NCBI GenBank assembly: GCA_964607485.1
Contig: CAZSKP010000015.1
Location: 46,198 to 110,197, forward strand
DNA: 64,000 nucleotides
Reading direction: 5' to 3'
From: an uncultured bacterium
GTDB taxonomy: Bacteria > Abyssobacteria > SURF-5
This document shows, piece after piece, positions 28,413-36,358 of the stretch. A program made the translations under genes and the position numbers. Below the pieces are notes generated by a model, which had not been told where the DNA came from, did not search any database, and was given only the letters and a program-made list of their open reading frames with translations. Numbering within the stretch: the stretch's first letter is position 1; every line of letters begins with the position of its first letter.

Positions 28413-29534
28413 GTGCCATTACCGTCCGAAAGATTCAAGGTGGCCGCAGTTCAAGCGGCGCCGTACCAGATGAACACCCAGGCCACCGTCGAAAAAGCGT
28501 GCAGACTCATTAAAGAGGCCTCGGCCAGCAATGTCAAATTGATTGTGTTCCCCGAATTGTTCGTCCCGGGCTATCCGAACGTGGTGCCGATGCGCTCGGG
28601 AGACGAGCCGAGCATTCCTCTCACGACCGAGGGGAAAAGCTGGCTGGACTACTGGGCCGATTTCACCAGAGCCGCCATACGGGTGCCGGGCGACGAAACC
28701 GACGCGCTGGGAATGGCGGCCGCAAAGGCGGGAGCCCATGTGGTCATCGGCGTGAATGAGCGCGACGAAGAGTTCGGACCCGGCACGGCCGTATTCAACA
28801 CGCTCGTCCTTATCGGGCCCGATGGCAAATACATCGGACGGCACAGGAAGCTGGTTCCCACGTTTCACGAACAGCTCTACCACAGCCGCGGCGATGGGGG
28901 CGACCTGAGGGTGTTCGACACCGATATCGGAAAGCTCGGTATGACAATATGTTATGAACATCTCCAGCCATTGATGAAATTCTCGTATTTCGCGATGGGA
29001 GAGCAGATACATTGCGCCGCCTGGCCGGGATGTCCCGATGCGCCGCTGTCCATTCGCCATATCGTCGATACTGCCTCGCGTCAGTATGCCATAGAGGGCG
29101 GACTGTTTGTCGTCCTGGCCTCACAGGTCGCCTCGCCCGACCCGGATTCGGCCCGCCATCGCTGCGCCTCGGAGTGGCGCTACTTTGGCGGGAGCGGCAT
29201 CATCAACCCACTGGGCCTGTATCTCGCGGGCCCTCTTTATGACGAGGAGGGCATACTGGTCGCCGAGATAGACCCCCAGGAAATCGGGCGGGCCAAGGCC
29301 ATCGTCGATATCACCGGCATCAACTCCAGACCGGACGTCTTTTCCCTGAGTGTCCGGACAGCGGGAGCCCCCATCATCCAAAAGGTCGGCGCGGCACGAG
29401 AGCCCCGAGAGCCCCAGGAAGAGACCCCTCAATCCCCCCAGCCGGCGCGAGAGGGGAATCCTGCGGCACGAGATCGCGGGCGGCGGGGCAGGGGAGTCGC
29501 CGGCCGAAAAGGGCCAGCTCGACGTCGCCCCTGA
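28413..29534 (+). CDS. Nitrilase / carbon-nitrogen hydrolase
   Basis: VFPE, HRKLVPT, ICYEH catalytic Glu-Lys-Cys triad; SRPDVF; low-complexity C-terminal tail. Confidence 0.92.
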   Translation: MPLPSERFKVAAVQAAPYQMNTQATVEKACRLIKEASASNVKLIVFPELFVPGYPNVVPMRSGDEPSIPLTTEGKSWLDYWADFTRAAIRVPGDETDALGMAAAKAGAHVVIGVNERDEEFGPGTAVFNTLVLIGPDGKYIGRHRKLVPTFHEQLYHSRGDGGDLRVFDTDIGKLGMTICYEHLQPLMKFSYFAMGEQIHCAAWPGCPDAPLSIRHIVDTASRQYAIEGGLFVVLASQVASPDPDSARHRCASEWRYFGGSGIINPLGLYLAGPLYDEEGILVAEIDPQEIGRAKAIVDITGINSRPDVFSLSVRTAGAPIIQKVGAAREPREPQEETPQSPQPAREGNPAARDRGRRGRGVAGRKGPARRRP

Positions 29535-29983
29535 CCTCCAGGGCTTGACATCCCCCATAAACGGCCCAATGCTCTCCGACCTCCCGGGCGGCGCCGAGGC
29601 CGCGGGAGGCGTCGCGGCCAGTTGTTCTGAAGAGGATTCGACCTGTCACTTCGCCTCCACACCAGACACACTCCTACCTCCAATCCTGTGACAATCGCGC
29701 GACGGCCGAGGTGGGATTTCTCCAGGCGGCTGTTCCTACACAGCGCACTTTGGACGTCCGACGAACGAAAATTTACAAATTTCATTCTGCGCCTTAACAT
29801 TCTATTTATCAATATATTATCCATATAACGTTAAGGTAATATCTTAACTTATTTTCCCAAATGTGCCAGTATCGATTGCGCGTCATGAACAGTGGGAGCA
29901 TGGAGGAAAAAGCCTGTTGAACGAACGTTTGGTTGAGGGCTCTTCAGTGGTCTCGCTGCTGGAAAAGCAGACCCGGTGAACGA

Positions 29984-31339
29984 TTAGATCTTCGGCGCGT
30001 CCTCGGTTGCCCGGGCGAACGCGATCCGGTTTCCGCCTGCCTTCTTGGCGTCATACATAGCCTTGTCGGCAATGTTGATGAAGTCTTCCAACCCGAGCGG
30101 GGGGCGGAACTCGGCGAGGCCGATGCTGAGGGTAAGCCGCTCCTTGAGGGATTGCGAGAGGGACTTCTGGAGGCGCTCGGCCACTTCGACGGCCTGGTCG
30201 GGCGTGGTCTCGGTGAGGATGATCGTGAACTCATCGCCGCCGTATCGGAAGGCATAGTCGACATGTTCGCGGGTGCAATCGGTTATGAGCGTGCCGACCT
30301 GCTCGAGGATGCGGTCTCCGGCCAGATGCCCCTTGGAGTCGTTCAGTTGCTTGAAATTATCCAGGTCCAGCAATAGCAGGCAAAGAGGGTGCTTCTGGCG
30401 GGTGGCGCGGGTCATCTCCTTTTCGAGCACGCGATAGAAGTGTCGCTGGTTGTAAAGAGATGTGAGGTTATCCTTTATCGAAAGCTCCTGCAGCTCGAGC
30501 TCGAGCTGTTTTTGTTCGGTGATATCCTTGAAAATGGCGATTATGCCGATTCTGTTGCCCTCCGCGTCCTGCAGGACCGAAGCCGACATGCTTGCGACTA
30601 TCGTCCGATTGTCCTTAGGGGCAAGTTCGATCTCGTAGTTTTGGACCTTGCCCTGGACCAGGATGGTGCCTATGAGCTTGTCCGCGGCTTCCTTTCCCCC
30701 GGCGCAGAAGCCGGACAGCGAATGGCCCACTATCTCGTTCACCGGCTTTCCGAAGAGGTTCTCAGTCCATCGGTTACAGAACTGTATGCGTCGCTCGGTA
30801 TCGAACGATATTATCGCGTCGACGGAGCTTTCAATCAGATTTTCGAGGTATTCCTTCGTCTCGCTGAGCTCGGTCAGCGTTTTCTCCTGTTCCTTGGTCG
30901 CCTCCCGGATTCTCTGTTCAAGAAACTGCTGGTAGTTCTTGTTCTCGATGATCAGCCTTTGTTTTTCCAGGGTGCGTTCGACGCTCAGCACGATGTGCTC
31001 GAGGTTGAACGGCTTGGCAATGTAGTCGTCGGCGCCGAGTTTCATGGCCCTGACGGCGCTGTCCACGTCGGTCCTGCCCGTGATCGCTATGATGCCGATA
31101 GTCGGATACTTCGTCTTCAGCACTTCGGTGAGGGTGAATCCGTCTATTCGGGGCATAAGGAGGTCGGTTATGACGATGTCGAAGGTCTGCTCACGGGCCA
31201 TGGCGAGCGCGTTTTCAGCGTTTTCGGTCGTTTTGCAGGAGTACCCTTCGGCCTCGAGCTTGGCGGCCAAGACATCGAGCACCGTGGGATCATCATCGAC
31301 AATCAGCAGTCTGTAATTGGGATCACTCGTCTCCTTCAT
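29984..31339 (-). CDS. Response regulator-PAS-GGDEF diguanylate cyclase
   Basis: LLIVDDD, ITDLLMP, DYIAKPF (REC); PAS; DNLTSLYN, DLDNFK..ND..GH..GD, RYGGDEF. Confidence 0.95.
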   Translation of the reverse strand: MKETSDPNYRLLIVDDDPTVLDVLAAKLEAEGYSCKTTENAENALAMAREQTFDIVITDLLMPRIDGFTLTEVLKTKYPTIGIIAITGRTDVDSAVRAMKLGADDYIAKPFNLEHIVLSVERTLEKQRLIIENKNYQQFLEQRIREATKEQEKTLTELSETKEYLENLIESSVDAIISFDTERRIQFCNRWTENLFGKPVNEIVGHSLSGFCAGGKEAADKLIGTILVQGKVQNYEIELAPKDNRTIVASMSASVLQDAEGNRIGIIAIFKDITEQKQLELELQELSIKDNLTSLYNQRHFYRVLEKEMTRATRQKHPLCLLLLDLDNFKQLNDSKGHLAGDRILEQVGTLITDCTREHVDYAFRYGGDEFTIILTETTPDQAVEVAERLQKSLSQSLKERLTLSIGLAEFRPPLGLEDFINIADKAMYDAKKAGGNRIAFARATEDAPKI

Positions 31340-31591
31340 ATCCTCCCACCCTGTTAAAACCCTAAACCTTAATATTATACCTCATAAACCCCACCGAAGT
31401 CCAGTCCCTATAGAGCCTTGTCTTCATATTGGCGAAAAAAAACGCCGACGCCGGGAGGGTGGAGGCGGCAATGGTGGGCCCAATCAGGCCTCTTTCGCTC
31501 TTTTTCGTCGGATTGTATGCCGGATTCGAGGCCGATTCATGTTTACAACGGGGCGGTTCTCTGGTAGTATTATGGGCCGGAGGAAACAGAA

Positions 31592-32230
31592 ATGACGACA
31601 ATATACCTCATCCGTCACGGTCAGACCGATTGGAACAGGGACAAAATCTTCCGCGGCAGGGCCGACGTGCCTCTTAACGAGCGTGGGCGCGAGGAAGCCA
31701 GCGCGCTCTCGAGACACCTGGAGCACGTCCGCCCGCGCGCATGCTATTCGAGCCCGCTCAGCCGCGCGTTTGAGACCGCCGAGATAGCCTGCCGCCCGCA
31801 CTCCCTCAAGGTGCAGTCCGACGAGGGCGTTATCGACATCGATTACGGCACGTGGCAGGGACTGCCCGACGCCGAGGTGAGCAAGCGGTTCGCCCCGTTG
31901 CGCCGACGCTGGCTCGAGACGCCCCATCGCGTCAAATTCCCCGGCGGCGAGAGCCTGGCGATGGTCAGGAAGCGTGCGCTCGACTCGCTGGAGCGCATCA
32001 GGTTCGAACACCCCGAGGGCATCGTGTTCGTGGTTGCGCATCGGGTGGTCACCAAGGTGATAATGTGCGCCGCCTTGGGGCTGGCCAACTCCGCCTTCTG
32101 GAAGATTCGGCAGGACAACTGCGCCTACAACATCATCGAGCTTTCCGAACAGGGCGCCGTCGTCGTCCTGATGAACGACACGTGCCACATGAGAGCCGCC
32201 GGCATCGCCCCGACGCTCGCCGACTTCTAG
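31592..32230 (+). CDS. Histidine phosphatase (phosphoglycerate mutase family)
   Basis: IYLIRHGQTDWN, SSPLSRAFETA, PGGES, VVAH. Confidence 0.93.
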   Translation: MTTIYLIRHGQTDWNRDKIFRGRADVPLNERGREEASALSRHLEHVRPRACYSSPLSRAFETAEIACRPHSLKVQSDEGVIDIDYGTWQGLPDAEVSKRFAPLRRRWLETPHRVKFPGGESLAMVRKRALDSLERIRFEHPEGIVFVVAHRVVTKVIMCAALGLANSAFWKIRQDNCAYNIIELSEQGAVVVLMNDTCHMRAAGIAPTLADF

Positions 32231-32271
32231 CCGCCCGCATCGTCGATTCATACGCGCGAACCAAGCGGAAC

Positions 32272-32344
32272 GCCACAGAGTTCACCGAGAGCACAGAGAC
32301 CTGGAAAGGAATAATCTCTCCGAGAACTCTGTGCCCTCTGTGGC
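32272..32344. repeat. 9-mer-repeat hairpin H1 (CACAGAG type)
   Basis: GCCACAGAG-TTCACCGAG-AGCACAGAG ... CTCCGAG-AACTCTGTG-CCCTCTGTG-GC. Confidence 0.8.
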
Positions 32345-32393
32345 TTTATCAATCCTCCCTGTGGTAAAATGCCGACATCGGGAAGAAACGTCC

Positions 32394-35300
32394 ATGCCGG
32401 AAGCCCCAGCCGAAATAACGCGCCTCATCGAGCGGTTCGACCGCAACATCGAATCCTACCGCGCCCCCGGCTACAAGGAAGCCCAACTGCGCGCCGAGTT
32501 CATCAATCTATTCTTTGAGGCGCTCGGCTGGGACGTGCGCAACATCGAGGGCCGCGCCGAGGCATACAAGGACGTGATCCACGAGGACGCCATCAAGGTT
32601 GGCGCGCCCGACTACTGCTTCCGCATCGGGGGCACGCGCAAGTTCTTCGTCGAGACCAAGAAACCCGCGATTGACATCAAGGCCGACGGCAGGGGCAAGG
32701 ACACGCCGGCCTATCAGCTTCGCCGCTACGCGTGGAGCGCAAAACTGCCGCTCTCCATCCTGACCGATTTCGAGGAGTTCGCCGTTTACGACTGTCGCAT
32801 CCGCCCGAAGCAGTCCGACAAGGTCAGCACCGCCCGCATCTTCTACTGCACACATCGAGAGTACCCGGAAAAGTGGGAATACATCGCAGGCATCTTCTCG
32901 AAGGAGGCGGTGCTGCTAGGCTCGTTCGACAAATACGCCGAATCCACGCGAGGCAAGCGCGGCACCTCGCAGGTTGACGCCGAGTTTCTAAAAGAAATCG
33001 AGGGCTGGCGCGAGATGCTCGCGCGCAACATCGCGCTGCGCAATCCCAACCTTTCGGTGCGCGAGCTGAACTTCTCCGTCCAGCGCACAATCGACCGCAT
33101 CATCTTCCTTCGCATGGCCGAAGACAGAGGCATCGAATCGTACGGGCAACTCCAGCAGCTCTTGAACGGAACCGAGGTGTACGCCCGGCTGCGCAACATA
33201 TACGACGGCGCCGACAAGCGTTACAACTCGGGCCTGTTCCATTTCCAGAAGGAGAAAGGCCGCGACGAGCCGCCCGACGAACTGACGCCGACCTTGAAGA
33301 TCGACGACAAGGCGCTCAAAGACATCTTCAAGCATCTCTACTATCCCGACAGCCCCTACGAGTTCTCCGTGCTCGGCGGCAACATCCTCGGCAATGTGTA
33401 CGAGCAGTTCCTCGGCAAGGTGATCCGCCTCACACCCGGCCACCGCGCCCGCGTCGAAGAGAAGCCGGAGGTGAAAAAGGCCGGCGGCGTGTACTACACG
33501 CCCTCCTACATCGTTGACTATATCGTCAAGCACACCGTCGGCAAATTATGCGAGGGAAAGACCCCGAAAGAGGTCTCGAAGCTCAAAATCCTCGACCCCG
33601 CGTGCGGCTCGGGCTCGTTCCTCATCGGCGCGTACACCTACCTGCTCGACTGGCACCGCGACCTGTACGCGAAGGAACCCAAGAAACACGCCGACAAGGT
33701 GTACCAGGGCCCCGGCGGACTGTGGTACCTCAGCACGCGCGAGAAGAAGAGGATACTGCTCAACAACATCTATGGCGTCGATATCGACGGTCAGTCCGTC
33801 GAGGTCACCAAGCTAAATTTGTTGCTGAAACTGCTCGAGGGCGAGAACCAGGACACGCTCGAACGCCAGTTGAAGCTGTGGCGCGAGCGCGCACTGCCCG
33901 ACCTCGCCTCGAACATCAAGTGCGGCAACTCGCTCATCGGCCCCGATTTTTATGATTTTCATCAGATGGACCTCTTCGACGAAGAGGAACGCTACCGCAT
34001 CAACGTGTTCGACTGGAACGCCGCCTTTCCCGAAATCTTCAAGGGCAAAAACCCCGGCTTCGATGCCGTCGTAGGAAATCCGCCATACGTGCGGATTCAG
34101 ACGATGAAGGAATGGGCTTCACAAGAGGCAGCATTCTACAAGGGCGCGTATGCAACCGCGGGTAAGGGAAATTATGACATCTATGTAGTGTTTGTCGAGA
34201 AAGGGCTTGCCTTGTTGCGGGAGAAAGGTTACTTAGGAGTCATAGTCTCAAGCAAATTCATGAAAGCGCAATATGGAGAACCGCTACGTGCACTAATAGC
34301 GAGTGGCAAGCATCTGGCCGAAGTTGTGCATTTTGAAAGCGAACAAGTCTTCGAGGGGCCGACAACTTACACTTGCCTACTATTCCTCAGCAAGAGTGAG
34401 CGACGATTTTATGATTATTCATGCATTCCCGACATACCTCTCTGGCGCAGCGGACACAGTTTTCCTCTTGCAAGACTGTCGGCTGAAAGCGTGGGTCATG
34501 GTCCATGGAACTTTTCGGTAGGTGAAGGAGCCTCAATCCTGAGGCGGCTGGAGAGTACACCAGTCAAGCTTAAGGATGTTTCGCGTCTTTTTGTAGGTTT
34601 GCAGACAGATGCCGATGATGTTTTCATTCTGGAACAAGTAGAATTAAGAGAAGATCGAGTAATTTGTTCTTCTAAAGCCACGGAAGAACAACACGAATTC
34701 GAGGATGTCCATTTAAAGAAACTCTTGAAGGGCTCCTTAAACATTCGCCGATATTATTTTTCCGACATTACGAAGCGACTCATTTTCCCTTATGAAACTG
34801 AGAATAATCGCTCAATACTTATCGACCAGACTGCGTACGCAAGAAGATTCCCTCTGACTTGGAGTTACCTCGTCCGTAACAGGGAAAGACTCGCTAGGCG
34901 AAGCAAAGGCAATTTGAAAAAATCGGAGTGGCATGGCTATGTTTACAAGAAGAATCATACGCTTTTCGGATATTCGAAGATCGTAGTGCCTTCAATTGGG
35001 ACGGGTAGTTGCTTTGCGCTAGATTCAGAGGGGGAATTCTATTTTGTCGGTAGCGGCGGCGGTGGGGGTGGTGGTTACGGCATTATTCCGCATCCCGAAC
35101 AAGAGTTTTCCCTCTACTATTTGCTCGGAGTTTTGAATTCGCGACTTCTCGATTATTTTCTGAAGAATACTAGCACGCCATACAGGGGCGGATACATTGC
35201 CCTGAATAAGCAGTACATCGAACAACTTCCTGTGCGTATAATCGACTTCTCCAACAGGCAGGAATTAGCCCGCCATGACAAGATGGTAAGCCTCGTCCAG

Positions 35301-35474
35301 ACAATGCTCGAACTGCATAAGAAGCTTCATGGGGCGAGGACGCCGGATGAGAAGACGATGCTCCAGCGGCAGATCGACGCGACCGACCGGCAGATCGACA
35401 ATATCGTGTACGAACTCTACGGGTTGACAGATGAGGAAATAGCTATAGTCGAAGAAGCAACGAAGAAGAGCTGA
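32394..35474 (+). CDS. Type IIG/IIC fused restriction endonuclease-m6A methyltransferase with target recognition domain
   Basis: N-terminal PDY..FVETK nuclease motif, GVYYTP, ILDPACGSGSFL (motif I), GNPPY (motif IV), TaqI-like TRD, C-terminal QID..VYELYGLT.EEI..VE. Confidence 0.93.
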   Translation: MPEAPAEITRLIERFDRNIESYRAPGYKEAQLRAEFINLFFEALGWDVRNIEGRAEAYKDVIHEDAIKVGAPDYCFRIGGTRKFFVETKKPAIDIKADGRGKDTPAYQLRRYAWSAKLPLSILTDFEEFAVYDCRIRPKQSDKVSTARIFYCTHREYPEKWEYIAGIFSKEAVLLGSFDKYAESTRGKRGTSQVDAEFLKEIEGWREMLARNIALRNPNLSVRELNFSVQRTIDRIIFLRMAEDRGIESYGQLQQLLNGTEVYARLRNIYDGADKRYNSGLFHFQKEKGRDEPPDELTPTLKIDDKALKDIFKHLYYPDSPYEFSVLGGNILGNVYEQFLGKVIRLTPGHRARVEEKPEVKKAGGVYYTPSYIVDYIVKHTVGKLCEGKTPKEVSKLKILDPACGSGSFLIGAYTYLLDWHRDLYAKEPKKHADKVYQGPGGLWYLSTREKKRILLNNIYGVDIDGQSVEVTKLNLLLKLLEGENQDTLERQLKLWRERALPDLASNIKCGNSLIGPDFYDFHQMDLFDEEERYRINVFDWNAAFPEIFKGKNPGFDAVVGNPPYVRIQTMKEWASQEAAFYKGAYATAGKGNYDIYVVFVEKGLALLREKGYLGVIVSSKFMKAQYGEPLRALIASGKHLAEVVHFESEQVFEGPTTYTCLLFLSKSERRFYDYSCIPDIPLWRSGHSFPLARLSAESVGHGPWNFSVGEGASILRRLESTPVKLKDVSRLFVGLQTDADDVFILEQVELREDRVICSSKATEEQHEFEDVHLKKLLKGSLNIRRYYFSDITKRLIFPYETENNRSILIDQTAYARRFPLTWSYLVRNRERLARRSKGNLKKSEWHGYVYKKNHTLFGYSKIVVPSIGTGSCFALDSEGEFYFVGSGGGGGGGYGIIPHPEQEFSLYYLLGVLNSRLLDYFLKNTSTPYRGGYIALNKQYIEQLPVRIIDFSNRQELARHDKMVSLVQTMLELHKKLHGARTPDEKTMLQRQIDATDRQIDNIVYELYGLTDEEIAIVEEATKKS

Positions 35475-35485
35475 AAAGATTTCAG

Positions 35486-35572
35486 ACCACGGGGAGCACG
35501 GGGAACCACGGGGGAACGACAGAAAGGATTTAAAGATAGTTTTTCCCCGTGACACCCCGTGTCCCCCGTGGT
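35486..35572. repeat. 9-10-mer-repeat hairpin H2 (CACGGGG type)
   Basis: ACCACGGGG-AGCACGGGG-AACCACGGGG ... CCCCGTG-ACACCCCGTG-TCCCCCGTG-GT. Confidence 0.85.
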
Positions 35573-35599
35573 TGAAGAAGGTCTCTAAGATTGCAGCCT

Positions 35600-35683
35600 C
35601 AAATCGACAGCCTTATATATTAACTCCACGGCCTCACCGACGACGAAATCGCCATCGTCGAAGAAGCAACTCAAAAGAAATGA
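35600..35683 (+). pseudogene. Remnant of a second R-M C-terminus
   Basis: Translates QIDSLIY*LHGLTDDEIAIVEEATQKK*, versus the intact gene end QIDNIVYELYGLTDEEIAIVEEATKKS*. Confidence 0.85.
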
Positions 35684-35694
35684 AGGACATTCCA

Positions 35695-35800
35695 AACCAC
35701 GGAGAGCACGGAGATACACGGAGATAGAAAACCAGAAGAACTTCCGAACTTAATAAGAGTCTTTGACTTTCCTCCGTGCCCCTCCGTGTGCTCCGTGGTT
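35695..35800. repeat. 9-10-mer-repeat hairpin H3 (CACGGAG type)
   Basis: AACCACGGAG-AGCACGGAG-ATACACGGAG ... CTCCGTG-CCCCTCCGTG-TGCTCCGTG-GTT. Confidence 0.85.
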
Positions 35801-35827
35801 GAAAAAATCTTTTGAGGTAATTACGTA

Positions 35828-36211
35828 ATGGACCTGAAGGATTGCGATGAAGACCTGATAGAAAGAATCATCACTGCCGCCATCGCGGTTCATCGTTCGC
35901 TGGGCCCCGGCCTACTCGAATCGGTATATGAGCATGCACTCATGATCGAATTAGATAAAGCGGGGATTCCGGCACGTAATCAGGTGGAAATCGCGGCGCA
36001 GTATAGCGGTCAAGACCTCGGCCTCGGTTTTCGGGCCGATATTATCGTGGCTGATTCGCTGCTGTTGGAAATCAAATCCGTCAAGGAACTCACCGACCTG
36101 CATGTGGCACAACTGATTACGTACCTCAAACTGCTCGGCTTCAAGCGCGGCTACCTCCTGAATTTCAACAAAAAGCTCCTCAAAGACGGCATAAGACGCA
36201 TTTCCATCTAG
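35828..36211 (+). CDS. GxxExxY protein (predicted PD-(D/E)XK nuclease fold)
   Basis: VHRSLGPGLLESVYE, FRADIIV, LLEIKS, AQLITYLK, GYLLNF. Confidence 0.95.
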   Translation: MDLKDCDEDLIERIITAAIAVHRSLGPGLLESVYEHALMIELDKAGIPARNQVEIAAQYSGQDLGLGFRADIIVADSLLLEIKSVKELTDLHVAQLITYLKLLGFKRGYLLNFNKKLLKDGIRRISI

Positions 36212-36329
36212 TTCCCCGTGACGTCCCGTGGTTGAAATAATCTTTGAGGTAACCCAGAAAGCTCTCAGAAAGATTTTTCCCTACCAGATCTCTGTGTTCT
36301 CGGTGTCCTCTGTGGCTTCATCAATCTTC
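36212..36329. repeat. Two orphan right arms of the 9-mer hairpins
   Basis: TTCCCCGTG-ACGTCCCGTG-GTT (36212-36233) and TCTCTGTG-TTCTCGGTG-TCCTCTGTG-GC (36289-36316). Confidence 0.75.
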
Positions 36330-36358
36330 GCCTTTGCGGTGAAGAATGTGTCAGCGGG

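Noticed and set aside
29360-29534. Frameshift or pseudogene at the nitrilase 3' end
   Set aside because: The catalytic domain is complete through SRPDVF; the Pro/Arg-rich tail could be a natural extension and no alternative-frame continuation is evident.
29791-29847. AT-rich inverted repeat as a dif (XerCD) site
   Set aside because: It does not fit the 11-6-11 arrangement or the TTATGTTAAAT XerD arm.
35049-35081. Poly-Gly tract in the R-M gene as a phase-variation switch
   Set aside because: Encoded by mixed GGC/GGT/GGG codons with no long homopolymer, and the frame is intact.
32272-36329. 9-mer repeat clusters as a CRISPR array or integron attC array
   Set aside because: There is no repeat-spacer periodicity and no cas gene. 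H3 has AAC...GTT ends like attC, but the R-box consensus is incomplete, the arms are tandem 9-mers and no intI lies in the window.
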